A stretch of 54,487 bases of DNA. It comes from a virus (Duplodnaviria; Caudoviricetes). The position numbers and the translations under genes were made by a program. The DNA lies in the IMG/VR virus record IMGVR_UViG_3300033148_005240, positions 1 through 54,487 of that record. One strand, given 5' to 3'. The notes under the pieces were generated by a model, which saw only the letters and a list, made by a program, of their open reading frames with translations, was not told the origin of the DNA and made no database searches. This document shows positions 27,052-35,168 of this stretch, one piece after another (the first letter of the stretch is position 1; each line of letters opens with the position of its first letter).

Positions 27052-27530
27052 TTCGTAAAGGTAATATTTTATTAATCGCAAATAAATTCGACCCTATTAG
27101 TTATATTATCAAATATTTTACTCATAGTAAATGGTCACATGCTTGTTGGTGTCTAAATGAATCTAAAATATTAGAATCAAGAACAAGTGGGATTATTATT
27201 ACTCCTATTAAAAAATATTTGAATAAAAAAATTTATAAAACTAAATTATTATCTCTCAAAGGAATATCAAAAGATAAAATAAAAAACGCTATGAAAACAG
27301 GATTAAATTATGAAAGAGGGAGAAGTTATTTCCAATTTCTTTGGACATTAGTATTAATAGGATTTGGATATGCAAGAAGAAGACCTATAATGAGTTGTTC
27401 GGGATTAATTGCTAACTGTTTAAGTCAGGTAGGGTTTTATTTCAAACAATATAAGAATCCGCTTTTAATTACTCCAGCCGATATTGACCAATCTAAACAT
27501 ACAATTAATATAACTGCTAAAGAATTATAA
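27048..27530 (+). CDS. permuted papain-like NlpC/P60 protein (YiiX/YebB-like)
   Basis: KGNILL, T.SKWSHA (His before Cys), LES, CSGLIA, ITPADI. Confidence 0.75.
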   Translation: MIRKGNILLIANKFDPISYIIKYFTHSKWSHACWCLNESKILESRTSGIIITPIKKYLNKKIYKTKLLSLKGISKDKIKNAMKTGLNYERGRSYFQFLWTLVLIGFGYARRRPIMSCSGLIANCLSQVGFYFKQYKNPLLITPADIDQSKHTINITAKEL

Positions 27531-27545
27531 AAAAGAATTAAATTA

Positions 27546-29645
27546 TTATAATCCTTCTTCTCCTTTTATTGCGGTAGGAATTAAAGGAATAACAGAAGGA
27601 AGATTAGCTACTGGTTCAAATCCAAAATATTGCGAATGGAATCCCTTGTCATGACTCCAATTATAAGAATCGATAGTTGCAGAATAATATCTATTTGAAT
27701 CTCCTCTAGGCATATCATAGTTAATTACTGGAGTTTTAATTTCATTATAACTACTAGGAACATTATAATAATTAATAATTATATAACAGCCCTTATCTAT
27801 ATAACTGGTTTTTTGTTCTTCAGTTAAATCTAAAACTATATAGCCACTAGCATACCATTTTTTGACAGGAATTTCTTTAGCATAAAGAACTACATCGGCA
27901 TTAGCGATATTAATTGTTATCCTATCTCCAAGTTGTCCACCACTAAAATAAATATAATTATTATTAACTGCAAAAATTTTATCTTGATTAGTATAATTTC
28001 CTAAATCTGCATATTCTACCCTGTCCCATGTATTACCCTGTATTGTCAATTTTACTGATTTATCAATCGTGTCAGGTTTTAGATATAATTGAAATGATAT
28101 TTTTTTAACTCCTGTTGTATAACTGTGTTTTTCTTCAGCAATAAAATCTACTCCATCCTCTTTTGCTAATAAATAACTGTTTCCGAATTTAATATCTACC
28201 CATTGAGTGTAAAAACCTAAAGGGTCATATATAGTTTCCATTACTTCTTGGGTAATATTGATATTAAATTTCAAATCTGAATTTTCGGTTAGCACTCTTG
28301 TTAATTCTAGCTTTTTCTTTTTTGATAGTAATTTTCGGGTTCTTTCTTCGGCAGTATCTGTATTTGATAAGCTCCAATTAGTAGGAACAAGAATAGAATG
28401 ATTTCCTGTTATATTTGTTCCTTGAAGAGAAATAGATTCTAAATAACTATTTCCTCCTATTTGGTCAAGTGCACAAGGAAGCATTGGAGGGCTCACTAAT
28501 GCGGAGTTGTCCATTTTTCTTTCATGAAATCCGTCTTCAATTATACCAGAAGATTGTGTTAAAGGAGAGACTTGATTACGAAAATAATATTCCCAAGTTC
28601 CCCCACATTCTGAACGAGTAGCTTGTGATAATTTTCCTGAAGTAGAACTATCTTCAAGAAAACCACAAGATTTTATTTTTGGTTGAGAAAATTTTTCAAA
28701 AGTATCTCTGTCTATCACACAAGGATAACCATAAGTTTCATCAACTAAAGTAGGGATTATATTAAATTCTTGTAATTCATAACTTTCTATTTGACCTATA
28801 TCTGCGGAGGGGTCTGGATAAACAGCAACATCCATCATAAAAGTATTGTAATTATTATAAGAACGATAAGCGTTCATTCCTTGTCGTCTATGACTTCCCC
28901 TCGTTCCTAACCATTCATACCAAAAACTTCCAAGTTTAACTTGTTGATAACTGCCATGAGGTTGTTCGCCTCCTACAGTTCTTAATTCGTATTGGTCTGC
29001 ATCATATTCGTGATATGCACCACAACTATCTTCTTCTTGATAATTTATACTCCAACTATTGAAACCCTGCCAATAAAAGAATTCTTGTTGACAACTAAGA
29101 GCATAACAAGCAACAATTAAATCATTATTATAAACTGTATTAGCATTAATAAATCTATTCACAAGAAGCATAGTAGGGGCAACAGAAAGATAATGCCTTA
29201 AATCTTCTATATGAACAGCCTTTATATATACACGTTTTCGAGTTTCTAAATTAGGGTCATGCCAATCTAATTGATGATTATTTTCGTTATATTCATTACC
29301 TTCTTCATCATAATTAAAATATTGTTCTTTAGTCTGACCAGTAATCTCTAATATTTTTTCTGTAGATTCTCGCAATTCCAATATATGAGACTTATACATA
29401 TCAATAAAACGACTTACATTTGTATTTATTTTAGTAAAAGTTGTCCTTTTTCCTATAGGAATTCCAACACTTATTTCTTGTTCTTTTCGGAGGTCTTGTA
29501 ATTCTGTGATATGAATAGGTTTAATATAAGTAACCCCTTTATAATTTTCTCCAGCTTGACCTTTTGGAGTTCTTATTGGGTCATCGATATAACTGGGGGG
29601 GTCTAATTTAGAAAAACAGCGTGGACAACGTTTCTCTTCAGCCAT
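27546..29645 (-). CDS. putative tail-tip/virion protein
   Basis: 699 aa, last gene of the tail module; two IK..HI.(E/D)L-type repeats near the N-terminus. Confidence 0.5.
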   Translation of the reverse strand: MAEEKRCPRCFSKLDPPSYIDDPIRTPKGQAGENYKGVTYIKPIHITELQDLRKEQEISVGIPIGKRTTFTKINTNVSRFIDMYKSHILELRESTEKILEITGQTKEQYFNYDEEGNEYNENNHQLDWHDPNLETRKRVYIKAVHIEDLRHYLSVAPTMLLVNRFINANTVYNNDLIVACYALSCQQEFFYWQGFNSWSINYQEEDSCGAYHEYDADQYELRTVGGEQPHGSYQQVKLGSFWYEWLGTRGSHRRQGMNAYRSYNNYNTFMMDVAVYPDPSADIGQIESYELQEFNIIPTLVDETYGYPCVIDRDTFEKFSQPKIKSCGFLEDSSTSGKLSQATRSECGGTWEYYFRNQVSPLTQSSGIIEDGFHERKMDNSALVSPPMLPCALDQIGGNSYLESISLQGTNITGNHSILVPTNWSLSNTDTAEERTRKLLSKKKKLELTRVLTENSDLKFNINITQEVMETIYDPLGFYTQWVDIKFGNSYLLAKEDGVDFIAEEKHSYTTGVKKISFQLYLKPDTIDKSVKLTIQGNTWDRVEYADLGNYTNQDKIFAVNNNYIYFSGGQLGDRITINIANADVVLYAKEIPVKKWYASGYIVLDLTEEQKTSYIDKGCYIIINYYNVPSSYNEIKTPVINYDMPRGDSNRYYSATIDSYNWSHDKGFHSQYFGFEPVANLPSVIPLIPTAIKGEEGL

Positions 29646-30219
29646 TTCCGATTCCTTTCTTTAAATTCTCTTTCGCCCATAGGGGCTGTAAATTCTTATA
29701 ATTAAAGCATTTTTGCTGTTTATTTTCTTTACTTAAATCGAAAGAAGCACAAGGTATTTTATGGTCTATATGCCAACCATATAGACCATAGTTACTCCAA
29801 TTCATACCTTTTTTAAATTGATTTTGTAAATGTTGTTTTAATTGTATTATAGTGCATCCTATTAATTTTTCGGTTTTAATAGATTTCATATTATTTTTTA
29901 AAGCAATATTTACTCTACTTCTTAAATTTGCAAGAATTTTAATATTTATATTATTCTTTCTTCTTTCTCTTGCATATTTATTAATTTCTTTTTTATTATT
30001 TTTACGCTGTTTTTTACGTTGTTCTTTTATTTTATCAAGATTTTTTTCATAATATTTTTTATGTTTTTTTTGGATTTCTGTTCTATTTTTTTGATAATAT
30101 ATTTTACCGACTTTCCCTAAACATTTTTTACAACAATAACAATAATTATCTTTTCTTGATTTATCAATGGAAAATTTATCGATATTTTTCTTTATATAAC
30201 ATTTAGTGCAAATTTTCAT
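29638..30219 (-). CDS. HNH-type homing endonuclease (paralog 4 of 5)
   Basis: Start moved to 30219 (MKICTKC); WHIDHKIPCASFDL..CFNYKNLQPLWAKENL. Confidence 0.8.
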   Translation of the reverse strand: MKICTKCYIKKNIDKFSIDKSRKDNYCYCCKKCLGKVGKIYYQKNRTEIQKKHKKYYEKNLDKIKEQRKKQRKNNKKEINKYARERRKNNINIKILANLRSRVNIALKNNMKSIKTEKLIGCTIIQLKQHLQNQFKKGMNWSNYGLYGWHIDHKIPCASFDLSKENKQQKCFNYKNLQPLWAKENLKKGIGNG

Positions 30220-30238
30220 TATCTTTTTATTTTTCTTA

Positions 30239-30442
30239 TTAGTCCTTATAGATTGCATAATGTTTCCAAGTTTTACTAATTCCATCAAAAACCTTATCGA
30301 CATTATCCCAATAATCAAAATTCCCGATTTTTGAATGAGGATTTTTTATACCATTTTCCACTATTTCTGATAATTCTTCCATTCTAGCCAGTAAAAATTC
30401 ATTTTGTTTTTTTAACAATTCCAATTGTTTCTTTATTGTCAT
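30239..30442 (-). CDS. hypothetical protein
   Basis: 67 aa with a GAGGA RBS. Confidence 0.55.
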   Translation of the reverse strand: MTIKKQLELLKKQNEFLLARMEELSEIVENGIKNPHSKIGNFDYWDNVDKVFDGISKTWKHYAIYKD

Positions 30443-30456
30443 ACTAACTTCCTCCT

Positions 30457-33114
30457 CTATTCCCCATGACTAGGAATACTTACGCTACGTTTAAAGTATC
30501 TTCCATTTTCTAATTCTAAGGATACTTTCCAATTTGATAGATTATAGGAAATGGAAACAATATTTAACGGATTATTTATAATTCCATCTATCATAATTCT
30601 TTTAGATAAATTTATATCATAAAAACAAATAGTATCTAATGTTAATTCTATATTACCCTTTGTTTTTATATCACAGTTTTTACTTAGTTGCCAATTCGCA
30701 TAATCTTTGGCAAAATCTGTATCGTCCCATGAAGGGACATAGGTATATTCACTAGGATTGCCATTCGAATCTCTAGCAGAAACATACCATCCTCCATTTT
30801 GAATATTTAGTCCAGACAAACTCAAATCATCTAAAATGGTCTCTGAATAATCTCCGCACTTTGTAGTGAAAAACATTAAAGGATTGGATACATCACTTGA
30901 GGGGTCGTCTCCTGGGTCTTCTGTGCGAGAATAATATTGTTTTTTATATATGGCAACAGTGACTATAGGTTTTCTAATCGCTATTTTTTTACCAGTATCG
31001 TCTGTCTGGTAAAAATAAATTCTTTCATTAAATGTTAATTCTCCTTTTTCATAATCTATGGTAAAACCTTCTGTTAATTCTAATTCAGTGGGGTTAGTTC
31101 CTATCGACGATAATGTTAAAGGAACAGAACTTTTCCAATTACCAACAAAAGGAATACGAATAGTAACTCTTGGGGCAAATCTATCTGACCAATTTTCCAA
31201 ATTTGGGTCTAAACCAAATAAATCATATTTAATAAACACATCTTTATATAAATCATTTTCGTCAATAGGATGATTAAATACTCCACTTGTTCCTACTTGA
31301 GGAATAATATCTCCATTATTATCTATATGAGCAGGTTCATAATCATCTGTTGCTAATCTTGCGTAATTTTCTCCCCCGAAATTATCCCATGCAGAAAAAC
31401 AAGTGCTTCTATATTGGAAAAATTTATAACCAGCATATGTTTTTGTTCCTCCAGAATCATTAAATCTTCTAACAGTTTGATTTCCCATTTGAACTCTGAA
31501 TTTATTTACTATTTTTTCTATAGAGTCACTAAAAGAATGTTTTATTACTTGATATAATCCTAAATTTTTTCCTATTTCTTGTTTTTCTAAATTAATTATA
31601 TCGCCTTGTCCTGATACCCACAATTTTTTACTATTATCTGTCTCATAAAACCAACCATAATTTCCAGCATTAGATACTAAATGTGAAATACAGTCAGATT
31701 CACCAGTTCCAAATAAGTTCTCAGTTTGTGGTATGAAATTTCCAATCCCAAAACTTGCTCCGCAAGCAGACAATCCTTCTGATATGGTATTATAATAAAG
31801 TTCTTGATTATCTGTAGGCTTATGACCCACAGAAAAATATTTTTTGGTTTTATTTTGTTTCCAATATTTATCTTGACAACTGATTTTTATAGAATCTGGA
31901 CTATCTGTTGGATTAATTTGAGTAATATATCCTTTATATAAAGTCCAAATATGATATTTAATTTCAACTACAGATTCTTGAGTGGGTTTTGTATTATCAT
32001 AAGGTCTACCTAAAACAAATTCTGCTGTATGGGAAGTATTGATAGATTTTGATATTGTAATACTATTTACATCTACATCGGTTTGTTCTACACTATCTAT
32101 ATAAAGTCTTATATAAGTCTTGCCTAAAGAAATAAAACCTGCATCGCCAGCAACTTGCCATGACTTTAAAAATCTAATATCATTAGTAATGTCGGATTTA
32201 TTTTCTGCCAAAGTTCTAATGTCATTAGTAATGTCGTTTATTTCAGATTTACAAAAAGAAATTATATTATTGATATATTTTCTTATTGTAAATATTAAAG
32301 TAGTAACTATACTATCCGAAAGAAAAGTAGTATCTTTTAAATTACTGCGAATAACAAATTCATAGTCTTCATTAAGGGCTAAACCTTCATCTTCTTCGGA
32401 AGTATATCCTTTTAGGATTTCATCTGAAAGAGTAAGAGTATCTGATAATCGTTTAGTTTCTTTGGGAATATTAGCTACGATTTTATCTGAAAGAGTAAGA
32501 GTATCTGATAAATAAAGCTGTTCTGTTGGTAGTAAGTTTAAGTTTTTTATATATCCTGTGTAAGTGCTTCCACTACCGCTTCCACCAAGCCTTTGTAAGC
32601 AAAAAAGATAACGAAAATCTACTTTTTCATGTAAATCTAATTGTAAAGTGTCTAATAAATTTGTTCTATTAATATCGTCGTAAATATAACAATAAAGTCT
32701 TCCATAATCTCCAATGGATTCATCTCGTTCTATAGTTAAATAATAATCCGTAGATTCTGAATAATTACCAGAATCGTCATATTCATTACTATCATTTCGT
32801 TCATAAAGTGTAATTAATTTATTACCCCCATAATTCCTTAAAGCTATTCCTAATCCATCAACACAACTTTTAAAATCGGTAATAGCATTAGTTAATGACC
32901 AAATGATAGCTCGTCCATAACCTCCAGTATCGGCAGAAATGTTTACTTGTATTTGATGAAATAAATCTTCATCAAAATAATCTAAAGTAAAATCTTTATA
33001 AACCCAAGTATTTGCTCCATTATCTAAAGTATCAAAAGAACAAGTGTCTGAAGTAATAGTCAAGTCACTATTAGGGTCTACTTTTGTATATGTAGTTAAA
33101 TTCTCATAAGCCAT
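30457..33114 (-). CDS. tail protein (tail hub/baseplate-like, with an N-terminal beta-rich domain)
   Basis: 885 aa downstream of the tape measure; LYKGYI..ISCQD and a C-terminal G.IELTL..IVSISYN hub-like pattern. Confidence 0.55.
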   Translation of the reverse strand: MAYENLTTYTKVDPNSDLTITSDTCSFDTLDNGANTWVYKDFTLDYFDEDLFHQIQVNISADTGGYGRAIIWSLTNAITDFKSCVDGLGIALRNYGGNKLITLYERNDSNEYDDSGNYSESTDYYLTIERDESIGDYGRLYCYIYDDINRTNLLDTLQLDLHEKVDFRYLFCLQRLGGSGSGSTYTGYIKNLNLLPTEQLYLSDTLTLSDKIVANIPKETKRLSDTLTLSDEILKGYTSEEDEGLALNEDYEFVIRSNLKDTTFLSDSIVTTLIFTIRKYINNIISFCKSEINDITNDIRTLAENKSDITNDIRFLKSWQVAGDAGFISLGKTYIRLYIDSVEQTDVDVNSITISKSINTSHTAEFVLGRPYDNTKPTQESVVEIKYHIWTLYKGYITQINPTDSPDSIKISCQDKYWKQNKTKKYFSVGHKPTDNQELYYNTISEGLSACGASFGIGNFIPQTENLFGTGESDCISHLVSNAGNYGWFYETDNSKKLWVSGQGDIINLEKQEIGKNLGLYQVIKHSFSDSIEKIVNKFRVQMGNQTVRRFNDSGGTKTYAGYKFFQYRSTCFSAWDNFGGENYARLATDDYEPAHIDNNGDIIPQVGTSGVFNHPIDENDLYKDVFIKYDLFGLDPNLENWSDRFAPRVTIRIPFVGNWKSSVPLTLSSIGTNPTELELTEGFTIDYEKGELTFNERIYFYQTDDTGKKIAIRKPIVTVAIYKKQYYSRTEDPGDDPSSDVSNPLMFFTTKCGDYSETILDDLSLSGLNIQNGGWYVSARDSNGNPSEYTYVPSWDDTDFAKDYANWQLSKNCDIKTKGNIELTLDTICFYDINLSKRIMIDGIINNPLNIVSISYNLSNWKVSLELENGRYFKRSVSIPSHGE
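32173..32236. repeat. in-frame near-exact 22-bp direct repeat (DITNDIR x2)
   Basis: TCTAAT(A/G)TCATTAGTAATGTCG at 32173-32194 and 32215-32236, period 42 nt. Confidence 0.8.
32422..32511. repeat. in-frame exact 27-bp direct repeat (LSDTLTLSD x2)
   Basis: ATCTGAAAGAGTAAGAGTATCTGATAA at 32422-32448 and 32485-32511, period 63 nt. Confidence 0.85.
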
Positions 33115-33162
33115 TTAAAATATTTCACCACCTTAATTATTTATAGTTAGTTTTTATTTATA

Positions 33163-33618
33163 TTATGAAACAGTTATTGTAATTTTTACATATAAATCAG
33201 TATCAACATCAACATTTTTTGCTGTAAACTTAAATCTATCCAATAAAGTATCTCCTGTTTCAGTAGCATTATCTCCAACTCCAGCTTCAGTTATAGCATA
33301 TTCTTCACCTGTTCCAAAAGTAAAAGTGTTTTCAAATGTAACTTTATAACTTGCTTCATAAGCAACTGTCGCCAAAGCTCTATCTACTTCTGTCTGGAGA
33401 GAAGTATCTGTAGCTTGAGCAGTTGCAGTTCCTGTTCCTATACCAATATAATTAAAACCTGTTAAACCAGTTCCAATTCCTTCACCAATAAGTTTTGCAA
33501 CTCTTTCTTTACCAGAATTAACAATTATATTTTTAACTTCTTCCCTATCTACAATTGAACCATCTTTTCTTCTAGTTTCAATTATAGCATTTCCTCTTAA
33601 CTTAATTCCGTCTTTCAT
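33163..33618 (-). CDS. tail fibre/baseplate-associated structural protein
   Basis: NIIVNSG...YIGIGTG......DTSL..E...ITEAG pattern common in phage tail-fibre anchor proteins. Confidence 0.65.
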   Translation of the reverse strand: MKDGIKLRGNAIIETRRKDGSIVDREEVKNIIVNSGKERVAKLIGEGIGTGLTGFNYIGIGTGTATAQATDTSLQTEVDRALATVAYEASYKVTFENTFTFGTGEEYAITEAGVGDNATETGDTLLDRFKFTAKNVDVDTDLYVKITITVS

Positions 33619-33633
33619 TTAGTTTGCCTCCTT

Positions 33634-34020
33634 TTATTTCCATCCTTCAAAATTTAATTTCTTTATCCATTTATTTTCTTCTTTATAAATTGTCCTTTTA
33701 ATATCTCCTATTTCATGTTTTGAATTTTTAAATAAAGCTATCTTATAAGTAGTTATAAAACCCTTTTTTTTCCCCATAATATAAACAAATTCAATTCTTT
33801 TTTTACCTTTGGTTTTTCCATGAATATCTTCTGTTACCTCAATCATTTGATAATATTTTTCATAACCTTCTAAACAAAGTCTATTACCATCTGGTAAAGT
33901 ATAAAAGATACGTTTTATTTTTTTATTAGGAATATCACTCCACTTAGTATTATGATAATCTCCACCAACGAAAATGGATTTATCTTCAAATATAATATTA
34001 TAAAGTATAAATTTTTTCAT
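33634..34020 (-). CDS. hypothetical protein
   Basis: 128 aa with an AAGGAG RBS. Confidence 0.6.
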   Translation of the reverse strand: MKKFILYNIIFEDKSIFVGGDYHNTKWSDIPNKKIKRIFYTLPDGNRLCLEGYEKYYQMIEVTEDIHGKTKGKKRIEFVYIMGKKKGFITTYKIALFKNSKHEIGDIKRTIYKEENKWIKKLNFEGWK

Positions 34021-34032
34021 TTTTACTCCTTT

Positions 34033-34689
34033 TTATAGGTAAGTATATCTTACTGTTAATACAAAAGTTTCAACTGCTGGAGTATCGTAATTGGCTGGAA
34101 TTACTATAGCTAAATTTGCATATAATTCGGTAGTTTCGCCTGTTGCAGGAGCATTTAACGCCCCATTTCCGTTATTTAATAATAACACATCTGTTCCTGC
34201 TATTGATGCAACTGCTGTTCCTTCCCAACCAGCTCCAGGGTCTCCCAAAGTTGTGCAAACTGCTTTTACAAAAGAATCTTCCCCTGTTTCTACGCCAAGC
34301 ACGTTTTTATCAACAGAATTATGATTAGAATCATCCCACGCTTCTAATTGAGGTTCAGTAGCAGTTGCCCCATCAAAAGAAAAAGCAAATACATATCGTT
34401 TATTTTCACCCATACCTTCTACTTCTTCAAGAATACCGTTTCCACCATCTCCATCATAATCAAACAGTAAACAATGTGCCACTTTAACATCGGCATCTGT
34501 AATAATAGTAGAAGCTTGATTTAATTCATCTTGACTAGGTTCAGCTTCTCCAGCTTTAACATCATCACTACCAGCAGTCCAAATTAGATAATCATTAATT
34601 AAATCTACATCTATATAGTCTGCTCCAGTTTCTCCATAAGATATATCAGGGTCTCCTTTATTCACTCTAAAAGTTAAGTTTGTTGCCAT
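34033..34689 (-). CDS. putative virion structural protein
   Basis: 218 aa, acidic and Gly/Ala/Thr-rich, in the tail module. Confidence 0.55.
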   Translation of the reverse strand: MATNLTFRVNKGDPDISYGETGADYIDVDLINDYLIWTAGSDDVKAGEAEPSQDELNQASTIITDADVKVAHCLLFDYDGDGGNGILEEVEGMGENKRYVFAFSFDGATATEPQLEAWDDSNHNSVDKNVLGVETGEDSFVKAVCTTLGDPGAGWEGTAVASIAGTDVLLLNNGNGALNAPATGETTELYANLAIVIPANYDTPAVETFVLTVRYTYL

Positions 34690-34736
34690 AAATATTTCTC
34701 CTTATTTTAAAATATTTTCTTTTCTTAATTTTTCCT

Positions 34737-35156
34737 TTAATAAGCAATAACCAAAAAATCAATCTCATAATCCTGACTTGAAGTGCGAAAACTCTTCGGG
34801 AAGCGGATTTCAGAATTTCTAAAAACAGTATACGACCAATCATTTATCCACGAAACTCCTTCTAGATGTTTCATAGTTAAAGTTGCAGTATCAGTTGTAA
34901 TTGCAGTTCTCATTTCATTAATAAGAGTTGTTAAATCTTTATATCCATCGGCATCTATTAATTTACCTCTAACAGTAATCACTTGCGATTTTTTTCCACC
35001 TTTAATTCTGATACTTCCATCTCCCCTAGTTCCTTTGATTATAATATCTTTTGAAGCAGGTTCAGGGTCGGATACTTGTTGAACATAATTAAATACATAT
35101 TCTACAGCCCCTGTTATTTGTTCTTTAAATGTTATTCTTACTGTATAATCAGCCAT
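34737..35156 (-). CDS. distal tail (Dit)-like protein
   Basis: 139 aa directly after the tape measure; G.RGDG...ITVRG; mainly a positional call. Confidence 0.45.
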   Translation of the reverse strand: MADYTVRITFKEQITGAVEYVFNYVQQVSDPEPASKDIIIKGTRGDGSIRIKGGKKSQVITVRGKLIDADGYKDLTTLINEMRTAITTDTATLTMKHLEGVSWINDWSYTVFRNSEIRFPKSFRTSSQDYEIDFLVIAY

Positions 35157-35168
35157 TTTTATTTCTCC

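Noticed and set aside
9634-27530. Ordinary host capsule or O-antigen locus flanking a prophage
   Set aside because: No wzx/wzy/wzz, ABC exporter or initiating transferase; it is continuous with phage genes, interleaved with small phage-like ORFs, and shares an HNH family with the tail module. A chimeric assembly is not formally excluded
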